This document shows, in pieces, positions 23,462-30,385 of a stretch of DNA of 42,106 nucleotides (its first letter is position 1; every line of letters starts with the position of its first letter). A program made the position numbers and the translations under genes. This stretch comes from a virus: the IMG/VR virus record IMGVR_UViG_3300021431_000203, positions 1 through 42,106 of that record; one strand, written 5' to 3'. Under the pieces are notes generated by a model. The model had not been told where the DNA came from, searched no databases, and saw only the letters and a program-made list of their open reading frames with translations.

Positions 23462-24376
23462 TTAAATAAATTGACTTGTTGTGTTAAATCCACAGCCACA
23501 ACCGTTGTTTTGTGGGCAACTGAAAATCGCAGTGCGTCCATAGACCGGTGTTGACGGAATAGGGCAATTGACTAGGCGGTTATACATTAAATCAATTTCA
23601 TTATTTAATGAATTTGATATAAATGCGTTTTGAGCAGTTTGACTAGCTCTTAAATCAGCCATTTGTAATTGTCTATTCAAGTCAGCTATTTTTGAATCTT
23701 TTTCATCTATTCTATCTCTGAAAAGTTCATCTTTTATAGACTGAATTCCACCAGTAATCGCTGTTAGTAATGTTTGAGTGTTTTGAGTATCACTCGTTCT
23801 TGTAGCACAAGCCTCACGAGCAATATCAGAACCTAAATTAGCAATACCTAATCTGTTCTCACAGCAACAGTTGTCAAGTGATTTTTGAAGCCCATTAAAT
23901 CCTTGAAGTGTAGCAATTTGATTGTTGAAACTTTGATTCATGTTAGCCATTTGTCTGTTGCAAGCAGCAATTTCTGAATTATAGAATCCATTAGAAACAT
24001 TGCTATTTATACTTGCAGTTGAATTGCAAATAGCGTTTTGTATATCATTTACATCGTCTCTAACACCCTCAATTTGGTTGCTTAAATGTAATGAGTTAAA
24101 TCCATCACTTGTTTGGTTCATAATGTCTTTTTGACCGTTGCTTAACCAAGCATAACCATTGTCAAATGAGTTTCCTCCGAAGAATCCACCGTTACTATTA
24201 CCCCAGTTTCCACCAAATAATGCAAGTAATAATATTACCCAAATAAAGTCGTTTCCATAACCTCCGAAACCACCGTTTCCATAACCACCCATCATAGGAT
24301 ATACTGGATATGGATAAAATCCGTTTCCGTTGTTGTTAGTAGCCAATTCTACTGTTGGTTGAATGCCTCCATTCAT
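23462..24376 (-). CDS. Gly-rich / single-TM / Cys-containing coiled-coil protein of unknown function (304 aa, trimmed start)
   Basis: ATG 24376 after GAGGAGGAG. The N-terminus is GGYGNGGFGGYGNDF, the TM segment IWVILLLALFGG, then GNSNGGFFGGNSF. An N/Q/S-rich region carries DNCCCEN, and the C-terminus is CPQNNGCGCGF. Confidence 0.7.
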   Translation of the reverse strand: MNGGIQPTVELATNNNGNGFYPYPVYPMMGGYGNGGFGGYGNDFIWVILLLALFGGNWGNSNGGFFGGNSFDNGYAWLSNGQKDIMNQTSDGFNSLHLSNQIEGVRDDVNDIQNAICNSTASINSNVSNGFYNSEIAACNRQMANMNQSFNNQIATLQGFNGLQKSLDNCCCENRLGIANLGSDIAREACATRTSDTQNTQTLLTAITGGIQSIKDELFRDRIDEKDSKIADLNRQLQMADLRASQTAQNAFISNSLNNEIDLMYNRLVNCPIPSTPVYGRTAIFSCPQNNGCGCGFNTTSQFI

Positions 24377-24466
24377 AAATCTTTCTCCTCCTCTCAAATA
24401 AATATTTAAGACGCTAGAAATCTTATAAGGAAGTACTATCTAGCATAATACCCCCTTACAAGACTT

Positions 24467-24709
24467 TTAGCCTTGCTTATTTTGATTAAACATTCCCATC
24501 ATTTGTTCCCATTGTTGGCGTTGTTGTGGATTAAATCCGTTTACTGTTTCATTTAATAAATCCTGTGGATTATTGTTCTTTCTTGCTTCTTGATACCTTT
24601 GAAACGCTTGTGGATTTGTTGCTTTCAAGTTTTTCTCCATCTGTGAAATCAACTGTTGTGGTATTTGTTGCATTTTGTTTTGCATTAACATTTTTAACAT
24701 CTGCATCAT
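24467..24709 (-). CDS. Gln/Met-rich small protein (80 aa)
   Basis: MMQMLKMLMQNKMQQIPQQ...QQRQQWEQMMGMFNQNKQG. GAGGAAAG lies 10-11 nt upstream of the ATG. It overlaps the upstream ORF by about 140 nt in the +1 frame. Confidence 0.5.
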   Translation of the reverse strand: MMQMLKMLMQNKMQQIPQQLISQMEKNLKATNPQAFQRYQEARKNNNPQDLLNETVNGFNPQQRQQWEQMMGMFNQNKQG

Positions 24710-25097
24710 TTTCTATCTTTCCTCTCAATTCTTCAATTTGTGCTTGTAAGTATTCTATTTGCATGTCTTTTGCGTCTTTTGGAACTATCTCATTTAACTC
24801 ATAAGATTTTATATCGCCCTTCGTGTTTTTAATCCACATAACCGTCATATCTTTGCTAAAAAATGGTGTGTCATAATAAACAACCTCTTTATTAACATCA
24901 TCAATAGTATTAACAAACCTCATTGTGTGATTAGTAGGGGCTAGTTGAAAGTTTTGAGTTAAGTTTGTAGGCTGTGGTGTTTGAACTGGTTGTTGCATTT
25001 GTTGACGCATTTTTTCTAATTGTGATATTTGCTCATTTATTTTATCTAGGTTTGCTTGTGGATTATATACATTATTAAAATATGGATTATTATACAT
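24570..25097 (-). CDS. Gln/Asn-rich protein (175 aa, trimmed start)
   Basis: ATG 25097 after AAGGAG; the track uses GTG 25103. MYNNPYFNNVYNPQANLDKINEQISQLEKMRQQMQQPVQTPQP... Confidence 0.65.
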   Translation of the reverse strand: MYNNPYFNNVYNPQANLDKINEQISQLEKMRQQMQQPVQTPQPTNLTQNFQLAPTNHTMRFVNTIDDVNKEVVYYDTPFFSKDMTVMWIKNTKGDIKSYELNEIVPKDAKDMQIEYLQAQIEELRGKIENDADVKNVNAKQNATNTTTVDFTDGEKLESNKSTSVSKVSRSKKEQ

Positions 25098-25113
25098 TTT
25101 CACATCTCCTTAA

Positions 25114-25164
25114 TTAATATAAGAAAAAGAGACATGATATGATTAGTGGTTGAATTGGTTTCAT
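25114..25164 (-). other. Leader mini-ORF (16 codons) embedded in a promoter-proximal terminator
   Basis: AAAGGAGA, 7 nt, then ATG. MKPIQPLIISCLFFLY*. The ATG lies in the 5' arm of the hairpin and the ORF ends after the T-tract. Confidence 0.35.
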
Positions 25165-25175
25165 ATCTCTGTCTC
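25123..25175 (-). terminator. Promoter-proximal intrinsic terminator / attenuator
   Basis: Minus strand reads GAGACAGAGATATGA-18 nt-TCATATCATGTCTC, then TTTTTCTT. It lies downstream of the promoter at 25189-25197 and upstream of the RBS of 25097. Confidence 0.65.
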
Positions 25176-25188
25176 CTTTCTTGATTAA

Positions 25189-25197
25189 ATCATACCA
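25189..25197 (-). promoter_or_regulatory. Extended -10 promoter element (TGGTATGAT)
   Basis: Minus strand reads TGGTATGAT, between two terminators. Confidence 0.45.
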
Positions 25198-25220
25198 TTT
25201 TTAATAGTGTAAAAAAGGGT

Positions 25221-25244
25221 AAAAAAAAGAACTTTTTAAAGTCC
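25221..25244 (-). terminator. Rho-independent terminator
   Basis: Minus strand reads GGACTT-TAAA-AAGTTC (one G-U pair), then T8. The stop codon of 25236-26447 lies in the loop. Confidence 0.65.
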
Positions 25245-26447
25245 TTTAATTTTATCATTTACTCTTTTAAATATTTTCTTCACGCCGTCATAGGTATAAT
25301 TATATTTGTTGCTTACTTGCAACGCAGATTTATTATTAACAAAATAATCATAACAAATTTTGTAGTCTAGGCTATCTTTATCTGTTACTTTTAAAATGGT
25401 TTCTTCAAATAAGTTATTCGGCATTCCTTTATATAATGGTTTATAAGTTTTCTTAACGAGTTTAGATGTGATATATGAAAGACCGACACCAAGCATTATA
25501 GGTATTAATATACTTATTCCAAGTGGTGTAGTAATTCTATTTAGTATATAGTAGGTTAGGTTTGATACGATGAAACATTGTTTCATACTAGGTAAATGAA
25601 AAGGTTTGCCGAATGTTCGTTTGCTTAACCAAAATGAAGTTAGGATAAACAAGCATTCAATAAATGTGTCGTTTAGTCTTGCAACTAATAATATTATAAC
25701 TATTGTTAAGATGTTCCAAATTAAACTTAAAATGAAATAAATGATATAAGTTAATTTTGTTTCTTTGTCTAGTTCTTTAAAGTTATGCAAGTTTCTTCGC
25801 AATCTTTTTGGCAACTTTAACAAGTTTGCTTTCGTCTGCGAAAATGAACCAACTGTTATTCCACATATCTTCTTCTCTCCTTCCATAAAATATAATCTAT
25901 TAGTTATTAACAATAATAGAATATAATCAAATGATAATAAAGCATTTAATACAAAGCTATTTTGTTCTTGATAATTTATATTTCTAATAAACAAAGTTAT
26001 TGCTTGATAAAATATGCTAACTAAAAATGTAATTATTATTCTTTTCAAAATTTTATTTTTATATTTCAAGTTTATTATATTAACAGATAAAAACATAAAA
26101 GCTATATCTATAAACATATTAATAGTTACATCATGAATTTTATTTTCAAAAATTTTTAAGCATACACCTAAGATAGTTAATATCAATGAATATATTTTGA
26201 TTTGTTTACTATTGCTTTTGAATATTAAACTTATTAAAAAATAAGTGTATAAATATAATACTATAAAATCATATAAATTTGCCATATAAAATTTGTGTAA
26301 CAAAATATCAATTTTAATTATCACTTGGTTATCAGTAGTTAATCCAAAATAATCCAACCCCACTATCTTCATTATAAACGTTATTACGAGTAAAAACGTG
26401 TAAACTTTCAAACTTGTGCTTAAATATTTGTCATAATCTTTAAACAT
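25236..26447 (-). CDS. Polytopic membrane protein (about 10 TM segments) with a soluble C-terminal helical (HTH-like) tail
   Basis: A 403-aa ORF, hydrophobic throughout. The C-terminus is SLDYKICYDYFVNNKSALQVSNKYNYTYDGVKKIFKRVNDKIKGL. Confidence 0.7.
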   Translation of the reverse strand: MFKDYDKYLSTSLKVYTFLLVITFIMKIVGLDYFGLTTDNQVIIKIDILLHKFYMANLYDFIVLYLYTYFLISLIFKSNSKQIKIYSLILTILGVCLKIFENKIHDVTINMFIDIAFMFLSVNIINLKYKNKILKRIIITFLVSIFYQAITLFIRNINYQEQNSFVLNALLSFDYILLLLITNRLYFMEGEKKICGITVGSFSQTKANLLKLPKRLRRNLHNFKELDKETKLTYIIYFILSLIWNILTIVIILLVARLNDTFIECLFILTSFWLSKRTFGKPFHLPSMKQCFIVSNLTYYILNRITTPLGISILIPIMLGVGLSYITSKLVKKTYKPLYKGMPNNLFEETILKVTDKDSLDYKICYDYFVNNKSALQVSNKYNYTYDGVKKIFKRVNDKIKGL

Positions 26448-26460
26448 ATTCCCCTCCTAC

Positions 26461-26491
26461 AAAAAAAGCGAGGTAAACAGATAAACCTCGC
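26461..26491 (-). terminator. Rho-independent terminator placed immediately upstream of the next RBS
   Basis: Minus strand reads GCGAGGT-10 nt-ACCTCGC, then T7, then GTAGGAGGGGAATATG. Confidence 0.75.
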
Positions 26492-26499
26492 AAAAAACA

Positions 26500-26895
26500 T
26501 TATACACTTTTGTTTTTCTTTTTGTCAACGACTGTGTTTCGACAACTTCTAATAAATTCAATTTCGCTTGTTATGTAAGAATTTGCATTTAATTGATTGT
26601 GATATTTGTCATACAATTCTTCAATATGTGTATAATCATTGTCAGTTCTCGTTAATCCATTTCTTAAACTACCACTAAATTGTAGTATTTCATATCGGAT
26701 TCTATCTCGCTCGTTTATATCAACTTTTTCATCAACTTTTTTTATTTGTTTACTCAAAGTTTCAATACCAAGCAACTTCCCACATATCTTCCCAAGCCAT
26801 GTAAAAGGATTTATTTTAATAGGTGATATTTCTATCCCTATCATTGCCAAAACGCCTAAAAGTACACCATACTGCTCAATAATCTTTTGTATCAT
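26500..26895 (-). CDS. Single-pass membrane protein (131 aa, trimmed start)
   Basis: ATG 26895 after GGAGGA. TM segment YGVLLGVLAMIGI, then a soluble helical domain. Confidence 0.6.
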   Translation of the reverse strand: MIQKIIEQYGVLLGVLAMIGIEISPIKINPFTWLGKICGKLLGIETLSKQIKKVDEKVDINERDRIRYEILQFSGSLRNGLTRTDNDYTHIEELYDKYHNQLNANSYITSEIEFIRSCRNTVVDKKKNKSV

Positions 26896-26958
26896 ATCAT
26901 GTCCTCCATTATCTGACACAATAATTATAACATGGTTTTTTACTTTTGACAAAGTCGG

Positions 26959-27135
26959 TTATTTTACTGTTTCTTTTTCAATTATAATCTTATTATCTTT
27001 TGCATAAACTCTTATAAAATCATCTTCCTTTATGCAACTTTTTTGTAATACTTCCTTTGGAACATTTACAATATAGCAGTTGACTTTTCGTTCGCCAGTT
27101 CTACTATAATAATAATTTTTGTTTAATTTAGGCAT
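26959..27135 (-). CDS. AbrB/MazE/SpoVT-type (swapped-hairpin) DNA-binding protein (58 aa)
   Basis: Below the track cutoff. ATG 27135 overlaps the upstream stop as TAATG. VNVPKEVLQKSCIKEDDFIRVYAKDNKIIIEK aligns with B. subtilis AbrB VVIPIELRRTLGIAEKDALEIYVDDEKIILKK. Confidence 0.65.
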   Translation of the reverse strand: MPKLNKNYYYSRTGERKVNCYIVNVPKEVLQKSCIKEDDFIRVYAKDNKIIIEKETVK

Positions 27136-27422
27136 TATTCAACCTCCTTTAAAACATCTCTTAATTCTTTTATATCTTCTTCATAATTGCAAGGTATATT
27201 ATCGTATTCAAATTGTGGTCTATTTAATATCTCATTAGCCTTGTATATTTTGGATTGTAAATTGTTTAATTTTTTTAAATTTTCTAATATATACCAATAT
27301 TCATATTCATAATCGCTAGTGCAATCAATATAACCGCTTTCTTCAACATCTTTAATATATTTTTCAAGCGTTATTTTGTTGTCCCAATACTTATGTTTTT
27401 CTTTTAAAACAAATTCATTCAT
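27135..27422 (-). CDS. Hypothetical protein (95 aa)
   Basis: Track ORF with ATG start. Confidence 0.65.
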   Translation of the reverse strand: MNEFVLKEKHKYWDNKITLEKYIKDVEESGYIDCTSDYEYEYWYILENLKKLNNLQSKIYKANEILNRPQFEYDNIPCNYEEDIKELRDVLKEVE

Positions 27423-27701
27423 TTACTCCACTTCCTTTTCAATCTTTTTACCATTTATTTTTATTTCAAAGTTTTTCATATTTGAACCTAAACCAATACT
27501 TTTTTCTATTCGCTTTTGTAAAGATAATATCGGGCATTTTTTTAATGCTTTCTTTTTGATTCTTCTATTTTTAGTTCTATGATATATTTTTAAATATTGT
27601 TGTGGGTCTATTAACGGTATTACATATTCTCTATCGTAATCACCCAATATAATTGGGCTTTTACATATAATCCCACCTTTTGTAAATTTAGGTATTTTCA
27701 A
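27423..27701 (-). CDS. Hypothetical basic protein (92 aa)
   Basis: Track ORF with TTG start. Confidence 0.55.
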   Translation of the reverse strand: MKIPKFTKGGIICKSPIILGDYDREYVIPLIDPQQYLKIYHRTKNRRIKKKALKKCPILSLQKRIEKSIGLGSNMKNFEIKINGKKIEKEVE

Positions 27702-27702
27702 T

Positions 27703-27882
27703 TTACGACACTTCCTTTTCTTCTTTATCTTCTATTTCTATTATTCTTGTATATCTTACAAATTTTCTTGTTTTATTATTACTATATCTTATTTCACTTA
27801 TTGATGGTACTACTTGCAATGATATATTATAATCTTCTTCATTTAGTTCATTTATCATTTGTTTCAAGTCTTCTAATTTCAT
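27703..27882 (-). CDS. Hypothetical protein (59 aa, trimmed start)
   Basis: ATG 27882 after GAGGTGG. Confidence 0.5.
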   Translation of the reverse strand: MKLEDLKQMINELNEEDYNISLQVVPSISEIRYSNNKTRKFVRYTRIIEIEDKEEKEVS

Positions 27883-28081
27883 TCCATTCCACCTCACTTT
27901 TAAATAAATCTTCTAATTGAATTATAATTTCATCTAAATTTAAACAACCATTAAACAATATGCTTTTTTCTTCACCATAGTTATCATAATAAACCATAGT
28001 GTCAAATTTATGCCCAAAATTCCAATAACTTATTTCATTTATTGTAATATATTCATTTCCATTACTAAAAGTTATTTTCAT
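27848..28081 (-). CDS. Hypothetical protein (77 aa)
   Basis: Track ORF with an ATGA overlap with the upstream gene. Confidence 0.6.
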   Translation of the reverse strand: MKITFSNGNEYITINEISYWNFGHKFDTMVYYDNYGEEKSILFNGCLNLDEIIIQLEDLFKSEVEWNEIRRLETNDK

Positions 28082-28482
28082 ATTTCCTCCTTAAATAAAT
28101 CATTTATTGGTTTCCATTCTTCATCAGATATAATACCACGGTCGTGTTTTTCTTCTAGGTTGTAATAACATTGTTTAAAATAACGGTCGCTATGTTCTGG
28201 AAAAAACAGTTTAATTATACATCCTGTTTCCTCAATACAAAAATCAAGTATTTCATTATAATATTTGTTATTATATTTAATATTTCTTTTTGATAATTCA
28301 TTAATAACAACATTTACATAATCATAGAAATATTGCTTATCATAATCTTTAACATAACTAACCAACCTATGTTTTAATGTTCCTTTTTCCCATTGCCTTT
28401 TAATAGCAATACATTCTCTCCATTGGCTAACTAACATTTCTTTAGGTAAAACTGGAATAAGTTTATAATGCCATAGTCTCAA
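28078..28482 (-). CDS. Pyrimidine-dimer DNA glycosylase-like protein (T4 endonuclease V / TIGR02328-like)
   Basis: The N-terminus MRLWHYKLIPVLPKEMLVSQWREC and FPEHSDRYFKQCYYNLEEK match the conserved MRLWH..LI..LP...L..QhRE and YPEH motifs of the Firmicute DenV-like family, as recalled. TTG start. Confidence 0.65.
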   Translation of the reverse strand: MRLWHYKLIPVLPKEMLVSQWRECIAIKRQWEKGTLKHRLVSYVKDYDKQYFYDYVNVVINELSKRNIKYNNKYYNEILDFCIEETGCIIKLFFPEHSDRYFKQCYYNLEEKHDRGIISDEEWKPINDLFKEEI

Positions 28483-28483
28483 T

Positions 28484-28801
28484 TTAAATCATCTCCTTTT
28501 TATAATAATCTTTCAAAATTAATTCTTTAACTTGTTCATCGCTTAATGGATTACTAATACTATCAAAGAATATTAATCCATGTGTAATAATTTTATATGG
28601 TTCATTTAAATGTTGCACAACAACGGTTGTTTCACATCTAATTTGTTTGTCTTCTTTTGCTAATTCGTTTTTTAATTTAATTATTTGTTCTACATTATTT
28701 CTTTCTAAATGATATCCATTTTTTTCTAAAAAAACATACATATCATTATCTATTTTTTTTGACATTTGTCTAGCATATTCGTTCATTAATTCATCTAACA
28801 T
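28484..28801 (-). CDS. Hypothetical protein (105 aa, trimmed start)
   Basis: ATG 28801 after GGTGA; the track uses GTG 28813. Confidence 0.6.
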   Translation of the reverse strand: MLDELMNEYARQMSKKIDNDMYVFLEKNGYHLERNNVEQIIKLKNELAKEDKQIRCETTVVVQHLNEPYKIITHGLIFFDSISNPLSDEQVKELILKDYYKKEMI

Positions 28802-28824
28802 TTTAATCACCACACTTCCTCTTG

Positions 28825-29055
28825 TTAAATAAATTTATAAAACATTTTACCTTTTCTAACATAAAATTTAATTGGTCTTATAATATGTTCTTTTTCAGTA
28901 TCATATTCAAATTGCCAATAATACATATCTTCCGGCATTTTAAATTTTTTATTTTGTTTCTTAATTTCTTGCCAGTCCCTATATGCGTCCCACAATGTTG
29001 GATATGCCTTTATATATCCTTCTTGTTCACCATATAATACAATTTCTTTGTTCAT
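28825..29055 (-). CDS. Hypothetical protein (76 aa)
   Basis: First gene after the promoter at 29087-29115. Confidence 0.6.
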   Translation of the reverse strand: MNKEIVLYGEQEGYIKAYPTLWDAYRDWQEIKKQNKKFKMPEDMYYWQFEYDTEKEHIIRPIKFYVRKGKMFYKFI

Positions 29056-29086
29056 AATTACCTCTCCCTTTCTTAACTACACCTAT

Positions 29087-29115
29087 ATATTAACATATAT
29101 ACATATAAATGTCAA
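29087..29115 (-). promoter_or_regulatory. Strong sigma-A-type promoter
   Basis: Minus strand reads TTGACA, a 17-nt spacer ending in TGT, then TAATAT. Confidence 0.7.
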
Positions 29116-29136
29116 CACTATTAATTTAATGTAAAC

Positions 29137-29164
29137 AAAAAAAGAACTATTTTGTTTTAGTTCT
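29137..29164 (-). terminator. Rho-independent terminator
   Basis: Minus strand reads AGAACTA-8 nt-TAGTTCT, then T7. It overlaps the stop of the minor capsid gene. Confidence 0.8.
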
Positions 29165-30358
29165 TCTATAACCACTTACGGTTAATCGTTTCATTTTCGT
29201 AGGTAATCCACTAATTTGTGATAACTCTTTATATTTTTGTGTTAACTTTGTAATATTGCTTTGTGCCGTTCCTACAAGTTCCATATCACCACTCGACTTG
29301 GCTAGTATTTGTATGTCTTTCTGCTCACGTATGGCACGTTCTAATTGGCGTTGGAGTTGTGTACCCTCGTATAGTGAATAGTGTTTGCCGTCTAATATAA
29401 AACCTTTGTTATTATCATCTATTTTCTTTTGTAATTCCTCATCAGTATATGTAGGCTTACTAACACCTAGTACAATACTAAATATGTAATGATAACAATT
29501 CATTTCACTAATAGGACGGTGTGAGCCATTGTCGTCGTGGTCTAATGAATATGCCTTACCTTTGTAATCAATAGCCACGCCACCACTTTGTAATTTATTA
29601 AACTCCTCATTACTAAATTGTCGTCCTTGTACGTTTTCGTGGTCGTCTGCTGGGTTTTCGTGTACCGATATTTCTACACCATCAGCCCCAAACTCTTCAC
29701 CGTATATCTTTTGTAATTCGTTGTGTAGTTCCCTTAATTTACTTTTAAGGTGCATACGAACGGTGCTATCAAGTCTAACTTTTCGCCCACTTTTATAATC
29801 AACAGTTTTTAAGCCACTGCCACCTATATCTTTTAAAATACGCCTCATAGAACTGTCAAAAGTTTCCTTACCTTGCGACACGTTAAGTAAAGCCTCGTCA
29901 AGTACATAGTTGTATGTGTCTTTTAAATTCATAAATTCGCCGTTTATAGTAAAACCTAGCAAGTTCGCACGTGTGTAGTTATACATCTCGTTTTTAACAA
30001 TATTAGCAAGTGCCCTAGTTTGCATTTTAAGGGCTGTATTTTCGGTGAAAGGTACAAAAGGTATATTTCTATACTTATAAAACTTTTCATAGAATAATTG
30101 GTCTCTTTTTGCGTAAGAATTGAATATATTGTCTATATCTTGTATGTTCAAGTCGGTGTACTTGGCTATTTGTCGCACTATTTCGTCATAATTGCCACCA
30201 TATTTAAGTATTTCAACAAGTTGGTGGGCTTGGCTTGGTGTAAGTTCCTTTATTTGCCTTAAAGCACTACCTATTTTTTTATAAAAGAATATATTTGCCT
30301 TGTTTATTCGTTCAACCAAACGCTCGGTTAAAAATTCAATTTGGCTTTCGTTTATCAT
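29147..30358 (-). CDS. Minor capsid / head morphogenesis protein (SPP1 gp7 / Phage_min_cap2-like)
   Basis: A 403-aa ORF. The N-terminus QIEFLTERLVERINKANIFFYKKIG and the central VHENPADDHENVQGRQF...EMNCYHY resemble the gp7/minor-capsid-2 family. Confidence 0.65.
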   Translation of the reverse strand: MINESQIEFLTERLVERINKANIFFYKKIGSALRQIKELTPSQAHQLVEILKYGGNYDEIVRQIAKYTDLNIQDIDNIFNSYAKRDQLFYEKFYKYRNIPFVPFTENTALKMQTRALANIVKNEMYNYTRANLLGFTINGEFMNLKDTYNYVLDEALLNVSQGKETFDSSMRRILKDIGGSGLKTVDYKSGRKVRLDSTVRMHLKSKLRELHNELQKIYGEEFGADGVEISVHENPADDHENVQGRQFSNEEFNKLQSGGVAIDYKGKAYSLDHDDNGSHRPISEMNCYHYIFSIVLGVSKPTYTDEELQKKIDDNNKGFILDGKHYSLYEGTQLQRQLERAIREQKDIQILAKSSGDMELVGTAQSNITKLTQKYKELSQISGLPTKMKRLTVSGYRRTKTK

Positions 30359-30374
30359 AGTATCACCTAATTAA

Positions 30375-30383
30375 ATTATACCA
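30375..30383 (-). promoter_or_regulatory. Extended -10 promoter element (TGGTATAAT)
   Basis: Minus strand reads TGGTATAAT, directly after the terminator at 30386-30409. Confidence 0.5.
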
Positions 30384-30385
30384 CA

